A stretch of DNA of 64,000 nucleotides from Takakia lepidozioides (taxonomy: Eukaryota; Plantae; Bryophyta), in the NCBI GenBank assembly GCA_030704615.1, contig CM060731.1:52638001-52702000 (forward strand), given 5' to 3'. Below the pieces are notes generated by a model. It was not told the DNA's origin and searched no databases. It was given only the letters and a program-made list of their open reading frames with translations. Shown in pieces: positions 14,052 through 25,125 of this stretch. Both the position numbers and the translations under genes were made by a program. Numbering within the stretch: position 1 is the stretch's first letter; each line of letters starts with the position of its first letter.

Positions 14052-14527
14052 CACTACAACAGATTGCGGCTTTTATGACTCCCATGGGTGCGCAGTCACG
14101 ACAAATTTGTGGCAGATATGTCATTTGCAGTCGTAAATGCCTTTTGAAGTCATAACATAGATCACGACGAAGCCGTTTATGCGACTGTATGACTTCGAAC
14201 TTTGCGCAACACAGGTCAAACACCCTTTGACCAGGAATATTGCCATGGCGGATATGACTACCAGTCAGGGTCATGCCCATACTAGAATGACGTGTGCATA
14301 TTGCTAGACGGACATATGACTTCATGACTGCCACTCTAATGCATTCTGCCAGATCATCACATGTCGTGATGACATGGAGAGTTTGTGACATGGAACAACT
14401 TATGAGGTGTCTACATATGATTGGTTAAGTGGTTTTGATATTGTGGTGCGGGGGATGCAAGTGAAGGGAATGGTTGCACACGAAGCAGATTAGTAGGCCG
14501 TTTGCGCTTTGTGGAGAAGAATGGAAC
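14052..14527 (-). mobile_element. Terminus of CACTA-2 (CACTACAACAG...), continuing at 39392 after the A1 insertion
   Basis: CACTA pentamer at 14052, exactly where A0 homology stops, followed by tatgac/gtcata subterminal motifs. A GGAAC target duplication joins 14527 to 39387. Confidence 0.8.
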
Positions 14528-14635
14528 TGTTAGAGGACTGTCTGGGACTTAGGCACTTTTATGGGATCTGTGGGGTACCCTTAATTTTTGCACATACTGA
14601 GACCAACAGGAGCCTTAGGGGTGACAGCAGCGCAC

Positions 14636-14671
<36 letters not shown>

Positions 14672-15434
14672 CGCAACCCGTCACAGTCCGACACAGCCGA
14701 CACAGCCGCCACAGCCAGACACAGCCGTCACAGCCAGTCACAGCTCGACACAGCCCGACACAGCCCAACACAGTCGCACAGCCAGTCACAGTTTCACACA
14801 GCTGTCACGACCATAGGGAACGGATAGCAAGACAGGGAACGACTGTGGGGAACAACATCTGCGAATGGAACATGTTAGTTCACGGATGACGGTTAGTGAG
14901 GGAAACGGTTAGAACCACAGAAAGGAAGATAAAGCGAGGAGCGGGGACTGGAGGAGCATCACTTTGTGGGAATCAGAACTTGGAAATGAAGCGGAGAGCG
15001 CATCTCTGAGGAGAAAGAGGGAGAGCACGGAGTAGGAGGAAAACGATCTGTTGATACTGGCTGAATGCAAGAAGTAGAGTTGTAATGTAGAGCAGAATAG
15101 AGACACCATGGCTTCAGCCTGATACTTGATAGATATTAATCTGATACATACTTCATACTCACACTGTGTAGAGAGACCTGAGTGAAGTTGTGGAATGAAT
15201 GGATGGAATCCGATAGATTGCTGAAGCAAACTAATACTTAAATACCAACAGTAAGGTAACTAGCTAACATGAATGCGGGAAGGAAAACAAATAGGAAACA
15301 CCCCCATGATACACTAGCTGTAGGTCATGACTGATTGTTCTGAGCGGGCTGAGTGCTTAGAGATTTCCAACTCTTCTATCTTGGAGTTCCCGCCTCGGAT
15401 AGCGAAGGGATGGGTGAGTAAAAGCCGCGCGACG
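14528..15434 (+). repeat. A1 5' LTR (907 bp)
   Basis: Starts TGTTAGAGG and ends GCGCGACG (GACA in the 3' LTR). Contains a G29 tract (14640-14668) and a cacagcc array. Confidence 0.95.
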
Positions 15435-15436
15435 TT

Positions 15437-15454
15437 TGGCGACCATACTGGGGA
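15437..15454 (+). promoter_or_regulatory. Primer binding site of A1 (TGGCGACCATACTGGGGA), probably tRNA-Arg type
   Basis: Starts with TGG 2 nt after the LTR end. TGGCGACC is complementary to a tRNA ending GGTCG-CCA. The tRNA identity is inferred. Confidence 0.7.
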
Positions 15455-16043
15455 GCTAGGTCATGAACAACCAGATGTGACAGGCATCTGGTGGGATCAT
15501 GGTGGTTGGAGAATTAAAGAATTTGATGTGAATCAAATTCCTTGTGAAACTGAGAAGGAAAGATTGTCCAAACGATTCTTTCAGAGGTTCTTGGAATTGC
15601 CAGACAGTTGTAAAGAAAACATTCTTAAGAGAGTGCATGATGATGACCCTAAGTGGGGTCTGGAGAAAGGAGTGATAAAGATTTATCAGGTGGCCTGTAG
15701 AGGAAGAGCACGTTGGTTACCAACACTGGTTTATGTGATAGCATTGCTATCCATTAAGCGAGTAGAGTTTGAAGGCTGGGAGGAAAGAAAGGTGAATGTT
15801 TATACTCATATGCATGAAGAGCTTGTACTGGTAAAGAATTGGATTCCAAAGGATATTTTGTGGATCAAACTCACACCAAGAACAGCTTTCTAGACTTGTT
15901 TGTCATATGGTTATATGGTAATGGAGACTTCTAGTATAGCCAAGGGTGCATTGAAGCTTGAAAGAAACCCAGGCATATACGAGAGATATTACATAAGAGA
16001 GTTTTGGTTATTGCCACATTAAAAGAAATGAAAGACATGGGAC

Positions 16044-18324
16044 ATGAGTGATGAAAGAGAAGCTAGACGCCAGAGATATTCAGCAAAAAGAGAAAGCTAT
16101 CTGAAAGCTAATTATCCATATCTTTGGGAGAGAGGAATAGACATAGGGGAATCATCTGGACCTCTCACACCATTAAGATCAGAGAGTACATCACCCATAT
16201 CGGAAGAACTAGAGTTGGATGCCACTCCTTTTTTTTCTTTGCAAGAAAGATTAAGGGAATTGGTACGGGAAGAAGATCAATCACGAGGTGAAAGAGCTGA
16301 GGTACATCCCTGGATAAAAGATTTGACAGAAATCTTTGATAAGAGTTGGCATGGAACACCAAAAGCAGGAACTCCAGTTTCTGAAGTGGAAGGTGAAGAA
16401 GGAGGAGAGGATGTGGCAGAGCCAACGGAGAGTTCAGACTCTCCAACACCATTGCAGTTGAGTTACATGAGTGAAGAAGAAACCCAAGGGCAGAACTTGG
16501 AGGATGAAAATAGAGAGAAGAAATTGGAAGAGGAAGAGTATGATGAAGTAGACCCAACAGCTGAGGTTGAGACTACAACCAGGACATCCCAACCCGTTGG
16601 ACCTGGATCAAGTGGAGCACTTGGATCACAGGCCAACGAAGGTGTCGGCTCAGGGGGATCAGGCGGGCTACCTGGATCTGGCTCTGGGGGGACAGGGAGT
16701 GTGGGAAGTAGTGCAACTGGAGCTGGGAATACTGTGAATATCGTGGGGCCAGTAGCAGGGAGTGCTCAAGGGCCACCACTTGGTGGAAGATCCACCACAA
16801 CAACAACAGGTCCTGAAGGACCAGCACCAGCAAGGGTGCCAGCACCTGTCAGTGGGCAGAAGGTAGGGCCACAGATGGCGTTACAACCAACACGGGCAAA
16901 ACCACCTTTTCCAATATATTCAGGAAAAGGGGATCCCGATGTATACATTAGCCAATTTGAGCACATGTGTATAGTGAACAATGAGAATGGCGATGATGCC
17001 AAGATGAGATTGTTTCCTTGTTCACTTATCAAGAAAGTAAGTGAATGGTATGCAAGATTCCCTGATAATCATTTCCTAACCTGGAATGGCTTGAATACAA
17101 CATTCCGAAATAGGTTCAGGACAAGTAAAACTGAGGATGAAGTGTATGGAAGTTTACAACAGTTAAAGCAAAAGAAGCATGAAACTGTTGAGGAGTATAT
17201 GGAAAAGATGGAATTGATGATGAAAAAGCTGGCTGTGTACCAGCACCAGGTTTACAGAAGACTTGGTTTGTGAGTGGACTAAGACCAGAGTTGCAGAAGA
17301 AAGTGGATATGTTACCCCATAATACAGTGGAGGAGGCATTTGAAACTGCAAACAGAATTGAGCAATTGGGAATGCTCAGGAGAGAGAAAAGGGATGATGA
17401 AGACTCTGAGGATGAGTCAGAAGAAGAAGAAGAGCAAGAACTAAAAAGGAAGAGTAAGAGAAAGGAGAAGTTGAAGAGGGATAACTATGAGAAAAGATTA
17501 GAAGAAATCTTGAAGAAGTATGCCACAGAGGCTGCAACACATTGGAGGAAGGGTGTTTGGTGTGCAAAGTACCAGAATGAAGGCCATACCACCACTGAAT
17601 GCCACATGAAGGAGAAACACTGTACTATCTATAAAATGGATAACCATTCTACTGAGAATTGTTACTACAACAGAAGGACAGCTGCAAGAGAACCTAGGCA
17701 AGTAAGGGTGCATCTGGTGCAGCCCCAGCCAAGAAGAAACAACATGATCAGGACCACTATGATAGGTCTGGTGGTTATAACAATGGCATGGAAGGGAGAG
17801 GTAATTCAAGAGGGAATTACCAAGGCAATTCTAGAGGCAACTATCAGGGTAATCCAAGGGGGAATTACCAGCCAGGGAATCAGGATTACAGAAATAATCC
17901 AAGAGTAGACCAAGGGCGAGGACCCAATGGTGAAGAACTGTGTTACTATTGTAATCAGCCAGGACATCGCAAGGCAGCCTGTTCATTCTGGATTAGACAC
18001 CAGAATGAGATGAGAGCTCCTGTGAATGAGGGCCCAGTGGTGGCAGCTCACATGGTTATGCCATGTGTTGTACCAGAAGTAAGTACAATGATAGTAACAA
18101 GAAGCAAAGCCAAACTAATACCTCCAGTAGTTGAGGAAGATGATGATAATGAAGGTGGCAGTGATATGCCTGAAGATGATGAGGCTTGGAGATATGAGAA
18201 GGAACTGCATAAGGAAGTGGCAGATACCATAAGGGAAATGCAGAAGAGTACTGATATTCCTGTGGCAGATTCCTCTGATTCTGATGGAGAAGAAGAAGTG
18301 AGTGAGGATGAAGGGAAGAAATAA
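16044..18324 (+). pseudogene. gag: A1 gag (frameshifted), with three CCHC-type zinc knuckles
   Basis: Retrotrans_gag-like segment FPIYSGKGDPDVYISQF..LFPCSL..W..L..F..RF. Knuckles CAKYQNEGHTTTEC, CTIYKMDNHSTENC and CYYCNQPGHRKAAC; the first two have C instead of Y in A2. Confidence 0.88.
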
Positions 18325-18333
18325 GCTGCAGAC

Positions 18334-20401
18334 ATGCAAAGTAATGAAGGGACTTTGGCTGAAGTAATATGCCAGACCAAAGCAGAGATTACCATTGGAC
18401 AGCTATTGGCTGTGGCACCTTATTTTAGACACAGGCTGTATCAAGCAATCAATCGAATTGCCCAGGAGACAGGAAACACAGACCTGAATAGCAAGGTGAC
18501 CAGTTATAATGTGAAGCCGGAAGGGCGAGAAACAGTCATGGACTTTGATGATTCTATGCCAGTAATCCAATTGAGAATTGGAAGCACAGAACTAACTGAT
18601 GTACTGATAGATGGAGGCTCTGGAGTAAATATCATGACAGACCAATTAAGAAAGAAGCTTGGTCTAAGTAACATGAAACCAGCCCCATTTACAGTAACAA
18701 TGGCAGATCAAAGGAGTGTACAGCCATTGGGATTAATAAGAGGAGTTAAGATACAGATACAGAAGATGATCTTTATGATCACAGTAACTGTGTTGAAGAT
18801 GGATGAAGTCATGGAGGCTTACTCCTTATTATTGGGACGTCCGTGGCTGAAACAGGCCAGGGTATTCCATGACTGGAATTCTCAGTTACTAACCGTGCAT
18901 AATGGGATGCACGAGATACAAATTACCACAAAGAAATCTAGTAGATTACTTGCTACGAGAAGACCTCGAGGGGTCAGAGAGTATGACTGGAGAGGATGAC
19001 TGGATGAGGAGCAGGAAGCTACCCTGTTTGCGGTACACCCAGAGTGGGAGCAAGTTGCAGAGATGCGGCTGGAAGGCCTAAGTTGTTTAAGAAGTATCTG
19101 TTGTGGTGTAGTGTCAGCAACACCAATTGAAGAGGAAACCAGCAGTTACCCATCACATTTCTATGAAAAAAGAGAAGGAGAAATGGAAATCCTAGAGGAA
19201 CCAGCCACTGTGAGTTTACAGGATGAAGTGGTGACTGGTTGGACAATCACAGCTGATGAGCAGGTGAAGGAAGTGAATGTGGGAAATGAAGAGGAACCGA
19301 GGATGGTGAAGGTAGGAGCTGAATTGGAGCCAGAATTCTTTGAAGAAGCTAAGAGTTTGTTCATCAAATACAGAGATGTATTTGCTTGGAGCTATGAGGA
19401 TCTAAAAGGGATACCACCTGAAATCTGTCAGCATAAGATTGAACTGGAACCAGGATCAGTACCAATCAAGCAGGCAAGGTACAGAATGAATCCCAACTAT
19501 GCACAGAAGGTTGGAGAAGAGATCAAGAAGTTGGCTGAGGCTAAGTTTATATACCCAATAGAGTATACAACTTGGTTGTCACCCATTGTGATACTTCCCA
19601 AGAAGAATGGTAAACTAAGAGTTTGTGTGAACTACAAGAAGCTGAATGCTTGTACGAAGAAAGATCCTTTCCCTTTGTCATTCACAGAAGCAGTATTGGA
19701 CACTGTGGCAGGCCATGAGATGTACTCATTCATGGATGGCTTCAGTGGTTATAATCAAGTGCATGTGGCAGAAGAAGACCAAGGAAAGACAGCTTTCATC
19801 ACAGACTGGGGTGCTTATGCATACAAAGTCATGCCCTTTGGACTTTGTAATGCACCAGCAACCTTTCAGAGAGTGATAAGTGAATCTTTTCATGAGTATC
19901 TGGATGATTTCATGCAGGTGTTTTTGGATGATTTCAGTGTGTACAGCTCTAAGACTGAGCACTTGCATAAATTGGAGTTATGTCTGGCCAGATGCAGGAT
20001 GAGAGGTCTGGGCCTGAATCCAGAGAAGTGTACTTTTTGTGTGAACTCATGGGTGCTTCTGGGACACATTGTGTGTAAGAAGGGACTTCTTGTGGATCCC
20101 AGGAAAATAGAGGCCATTAAAGCCTCTCCACCACTAGTGAATGTTAAGAGTCTAAGGAGATTCCTTGGACAAACCAGCTACTACAAAAGATTTGTCAGAC
20201 GGTATGCACAGATAGCAGCACCATTCAGCAAACTTTTGAAGAAAGATGCAGTGTTTGCATGGACACCTGAATGTCAAAAGGCTTTTGAGGAACTTACATT
20301 GTCAGTAACAACTACACCTGTGCTGATTAATCCTCACTGGCAGGAAATATTTCATGTTCACTGTGATGCTTCTGGAGAAGCACTAGGAGCAGTGTTAGCC
20401 C
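18334..20401 (+). pseudogene. pol: A1 pol 5' part: aspartic protease, RT and start of RNase H, interrupted by B1
   Basis: VLIDGGSGVNIM; LRVCVNYKKLN, MDGFSGYNQ, MPFGLCNAPATFQR, VFLDDF; HCDASGEALGAVLA. Homology to A2 stops at 20401. Confidence 0.95.
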
Positions 20402-20486
20402 TGTCGTGTGCATACATATCGCTACACAACTACATCGCTGTCCAAACCACACCACATATATATGCACAATAAAGTAGTCTGCCACA
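20402..20486 (-). repeat. B1 3' LTR, only 85 bp, preceded by a PPT
   Basis: The minus strand reads TGTGGCAGAC...CACGACA. A purine tract AGGGGGG lies just upstream (20491-20497). A1 pol sequence abuts at 20401. Confidence 0.7.
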
Positions 20487-20746
20487 ATCGCCCCCCTAGC
20501 TGGTGGGTAGGTCCCTCTACCTCCAGATAGCTACAAGATGTAATAGCCACAGCCGTACTAAGTCCTCTATCACTGTCCCTATTGTACTCAAACTCTATAG
20601 ACCAAGAGGTCGGGTACAAGAGTAGCCCCATCGTTAGTCGCCGTCTTGCAATCTGTGAACTTGAGCCAGGATCTCGTGTGTTCAAGGTCTCCTAGTAGCT
20701 GGGCCTTGCGTTTCTTGTTAGCCTTCCATGGTTGTATCCACTCCCA

Positions 20747-20890
20747 CTATCCAATGCAATGTGGACATAACCAATCCCCATCTGGAACCATCTCAAGAGG
20801 TGGAGTCAAGCATCCCATATGCCAACCTCTAGAGCATCGATCACACACCAGCATGGTGGCTGCCCCTTTAGCAGACCCACACAACATGCA
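20747..20890 (-). CDS. PHD finger (C4HC3) at the B1 integrase C-terminus
   Basis: CMLCGSAKGAATMLVCDRCSRGWHMGCLTPPLEMVPDGDWLCPHC, in frame with the integrase C-terminal half (ORF 20747-21589). Confidence 0.93.
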   Translation of the reverse strand, partial: CMLCGSAKGAATMLVCDRCSRGWHMGCLTPPLEMVPDGDWLCPHCIG

Positions 20891-23800
20891 CCTCAAACCT
20901 GCAGATACCACGGCCAGGTTTGGGTCAATCCTGCCATCGACATTCGGAAGGTGACATGGCGCACAATTACGCACATGGTCCTTCCAAGTTATGCCATCCT
21001 GACCCTCCAAGACCAAGACGCCTGAGGGCAAGGCCTCTCGAACCCTCAAAATAACACGTCTTGCAGTCACATCCAGGGTCGTAGGAGCAGTCTGCTGCAG
21101 ATAGACATAGTCACCAGGGTTGAATCTCCGAACCCCAGGACAATAGCCCCCACCACGTATGGTAGCATACCTCAACGTATCACGGTGTTGTGCAATGGCA
21201 AGGTTCTCGAAAGCCATGGGCATGACTCTCTTGAACAACTCTGCACGCTGCTCACATGCACGTGCCCACACGTCCGGATCGTCAAGGTTAAGAACTGTAG
21301 CAGCTTCTCTATGAATGGATGTAGGCAAATCCGGCTCTCCGCCAAAGAGAAGAAAGTATGGTGAGAAGGAGGCAAGTGATGCTTGCTTGCTGAACCTGTA
21401 GCCCATGGCTAACCAGGGTAACTGAAGGTCCCAATCTCCTAGGTGTCCCTTCTGCAAGCCATACTTGTGCAAACCCCTCTTTACTGTCTGAACAACCCTC
21501 TCTGCCAAGCCATCGGCCTCAGGATGATCCCGAGAAGTGGTGCGGTGGTCTATCAAGGCCTTGTCACACAAAGCCTGAAACTCCCCCAAGAACTCTCTCC
21601 CTGGTCCATGAGTATCTCAGCTGGAGCACCGAATCGGCTAAGCACACAATCCAAGAATGCATACGCAGCTCCCTCACTAGCCTTATCAGGCAATGGAACC
21701 AATTCAATCCACTTGGAGAAGTGCTCCACCATCACCAACACGTACTTGTTGTGGCGGATGGTCAGTGGCAATGGCCCTGCGAAGTGAAGACTCCACCTGT
21801 AGCCCAATCCCATGATTGGAAGAGGGTGCAATTGTGGAGTAGGGGCGTTGAATGAAGCACGCACCCTGTCACACACCATGCACCTAGCCACAAATTGTTG
21901 CACCTCTGTGTGCATACCACGCCACCAATACTGCCCTGCAGTAGACTATGAGTGCGTCGCACCCCAAAATGCCCCAACTCCTCATGGGCATGCCGCACTA
22001 ACCGTGCCCGGTGTGTTGGGTGAGGCACAATCCTCACTCGACCATCCTCCCACACTCGGAGCAGGTGTGTCCCCTCCCACTTGAACCTCTTGGCTCGTTG
22101 TAGGATCCGATCCCTCTCCTTGGCAGTCACAGTGGCTGGAGTGTCTCTAGTGCGGAGGTAGTCCAACACAACTGAATCCTCATGTATATCTTTGGCGCCA
22201 CCTTGCTCCTTGTTGGCCTCAGGGTCCTCAGACACTTGATCTACAGTCATCCCTATTGCAGGTCCAACCTGGCCTTCCGCTGCCAAGATACACAGAAATG
22301 CAGATGCATGCCATCCGGGCACCATCTCCTCGTCCGTCTCACCATGCCACCGAGCTCCAGTGTCATCCTACTGGCTCGTGCATGGATTGCGACTCAACCC
22401 ATCTGCATTGCGATTGACCAAACCCGGTCGATGCACCACCTGAAAGTCATACTCTTGAAGGATGAGTGCCCACCGTGCAAGCTTCCCCGTAAGCTTGTCT
22501 GACTCCATCAACCACTTGAGTGGTTGGTGATCCGTGACAAGGGTGTAGAGATTGCCGTATAGATAGCACCTGAAGTGTGCCACGGCCCACACTGCAGCTA
22601 AGCATTCTCCCTCATATGAGCTATACTTAGACTCTGCAACATTGTTTGAGCGGCTAGCATAAGCCACTACGAACTCTCTTCCCTCATCATCCAACTGTGT
22701 GAGCACCGCTCCAAGCCCCAGCATGCTCCAATCTGTATGCAGCTGAAAAGGACGCCCCCTGATAGGTCGTCTCAAGATGGGCGCCGAGGTCAACCTCGCC
22801 TTGAGCTCTTGGAAAGCTTGTTCTTGCTTATCTTCCCACTGCCACTCCTGGTCCACCTTGGTCAGCTTGGTTAAAGCCTTTGCAATGGCACTAAATCCCT
22901 TAACAAACCGTCTGTAATAGTTTGCTAACCCCATGAAAGCTCGAACTCGGCTCACATCTGTGGGGCGTGGAACCTGTGCAATGGACTCTACATTAGTCTG
23001 CTATACCCCCAATCCTCCAGGATATATCATGTGACCCAGATACTCAATCTGGTTGTGGAAAAACTTGTAATTTCCCGGATGTAACTTCAATCCGTGCGCC
23101 TCAAGCGCTCAAATACCCCCTGAAGGTGTCTCTCATGCTCCTCCACCGTAGCACTAAAGATGATGATGTCATCTATGTAGCACCGAGCAAACTCCACCCC
23201 TGCTAGAATCCTGTCCATGACTCTTTGAAACTCAGCGGGAGCGTTTTAAAGCCCAAATGGTAAGAACCGCCACTGGTATAGGCAATCCTTCCCGTGCTCA
23301 TTGATCCCCCAGAATGCCGTCTTTTGCTTATCCGCCTCCTTGATCGGCAACTGGTGATATCCGGATCGTAAATCCAACGTGCTAAAGACCTTGGAATGCC
23401 CAATGGCATCAAAGATCTCCTCTGGTGTCGGCATGGCATACCTATCGGACTTGGTCTGACAATTTACAGGCCGATAATCACCGCACATACGTCTCTCCGT
23501 CCAATTGCCATAGACATCCTTCTTGGCTGGCATCACTGTGGCTGAAGCATACTCTCCACCAGAGAGCTCCACCAAACCTGCCTCCCAGAGATCTTGAATC
23601 CTCATCTGAATCAAAGACCTCTCTATGTCACTATATCTATAGGGTCTCCGAAAGATTGGCGTGTCAGTGGCCAATTCAATGCGAATCTCTTGACCCTTCA
23701 GTGCTCCCAAGTCCTTCAAACTGAATGCAAAGCAGATCCTGTAAGCCCTCAAGAACCGCCGTATACGTCATCTCTCTCCTCCAGTGACTATGGGTCCAAC

Positions 23801-24149
23801 ATCAGGCTCCCAGTTGTCCTCCGTGACTGCAACCTTGAGTCCAGCAGGCTTAGAGGTAGAAGACGCGTCCCGTGGTTGCTATGCTGCAACCTCTTGAGCA
23901 GTATTCTCTTCCTGCTCAGTCAATGACAAGGCCTCATCCTGCCCCATCATCTCATCATTGAGAACCTCCTCATCCCGAGAAGAATCCCCAACCTCATCCA
24001 TCACAGCTGCCTTGGCTGCCAACTCCCTCTGAACTTCGAGCACCTCCCACGTGTGCCATGGATGTCTACACCCCGTGGTCCTCACCGGCTCGCCCCCACT
24101 CGCTGCCTGTACCGTCTCGGTAGGCAGAGAGACCGTCAAGGGAAGTGCA

Positions 24150-25125
24150 CTCCGCACTCTACGTTGCTCAGCCATAGCCAAGTTGATATTCCAGGTCAAG
24201 CAATTGAGATCCATTGCTTGCCCCAACACCTGACGACGTGATGCCTCAGAAAGAGAAGGCACCACCGTGGTCCCAGTGGAAAACCCCATAGCCCGCTCTC
24301 GCTCGTCGGCATTAGGCTCCACTTACTGCTGCAACTGAGCATCCCACAGGAGGCCAGGTCCACCATCCCGAAAAGCATGGGATCCTGGGAAGCTGAGCAG
24401 TGTAGGTAATGCTGCTCGTGGTTGACCCACCCTGTTGACCACTGCCAAAGGCGAACGGTCATCGTGTCTCACACGTTGAGACTGCCTCCCTGTGTCCAAA
24501 ATGCCATCCACGGTGAGGTGTGCTGGCCGCTGCACCCCATCAAATGCACGCTTGAGCAGTGCGGGTGGCATCAAGTTAGTCCACCAAAGCCGTGGACGAT
24601 GAGCCCGTGACCCCACTGCAGCTGCATCCAGCAACACTGCTGACCCAAGCCACGACCGGACTTGATGCACACTGGCCATCACCCTGGCCCGAGAATCACC
24701 CATCAGTGGCACATTCTCCAAGATGTATGCTGGAAATACAGCTTGATGAAGCTGCAAGTGGCGCAAAACCCGCACCATCTCCCAAAATAGACCCGTCCTC
24801 GAGTCTCGCAATCCATTGCCATGCCCGGCTGATGAATGCCCTTGGCAGGGCCAACCTACCACTACCAGATCAATGGAGCCAACCTGCTCCAAATCCGGCG
24901 CCCCCAGCAACGAAATGTCTGTTGGCAAGGCTTGTTGGTATCCACGAACTGCAGACACTGGCAACAAAGCAGGGTACTGCTGTACCAACTGAGCAACATG
25001 GCGCAGTGGGACGCGTCATGCAGTCTCATCCCTTTCCACATACAGATAACGCCTTACCCGCACACCTGCCTGTAGCACAGCAGCCAATCCGGTGCTGATC
25101 CCGCCAAACAAGTCCAAAAGGCAAA
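24150..25125 (-). pseudogene. DNMT3-like C5 cytosine methyltransferase domain of B1
   Basis: Motif I LLDLFGGISTGL (after a 1-nt frameshift), II YVERD, IV IDLVVVGWPCQGHS, VI YILENV, VIII DAAAVGSRAHRPRLWWTNL, IX ERERAMGF, X RRQVLGQAMD. Premature stops at ~25016 and 24323. Confidence 0.92.

Noticed and set aside
14588-15229. ORFs within LTRs (also 38563-39181 and 59277-60065) and repeat-derived antisense ORFs
   Set aside because: Products of low-complexity cacagcc arrays and LTR sequence, with no protein features.
18322-18324. In-frame TAA between A1 gag and protease as a second readthrough site
   Set aside because: A2 has GAA at the equivalent position and there is no CARYYA context, so it is a copy-specific mutation.
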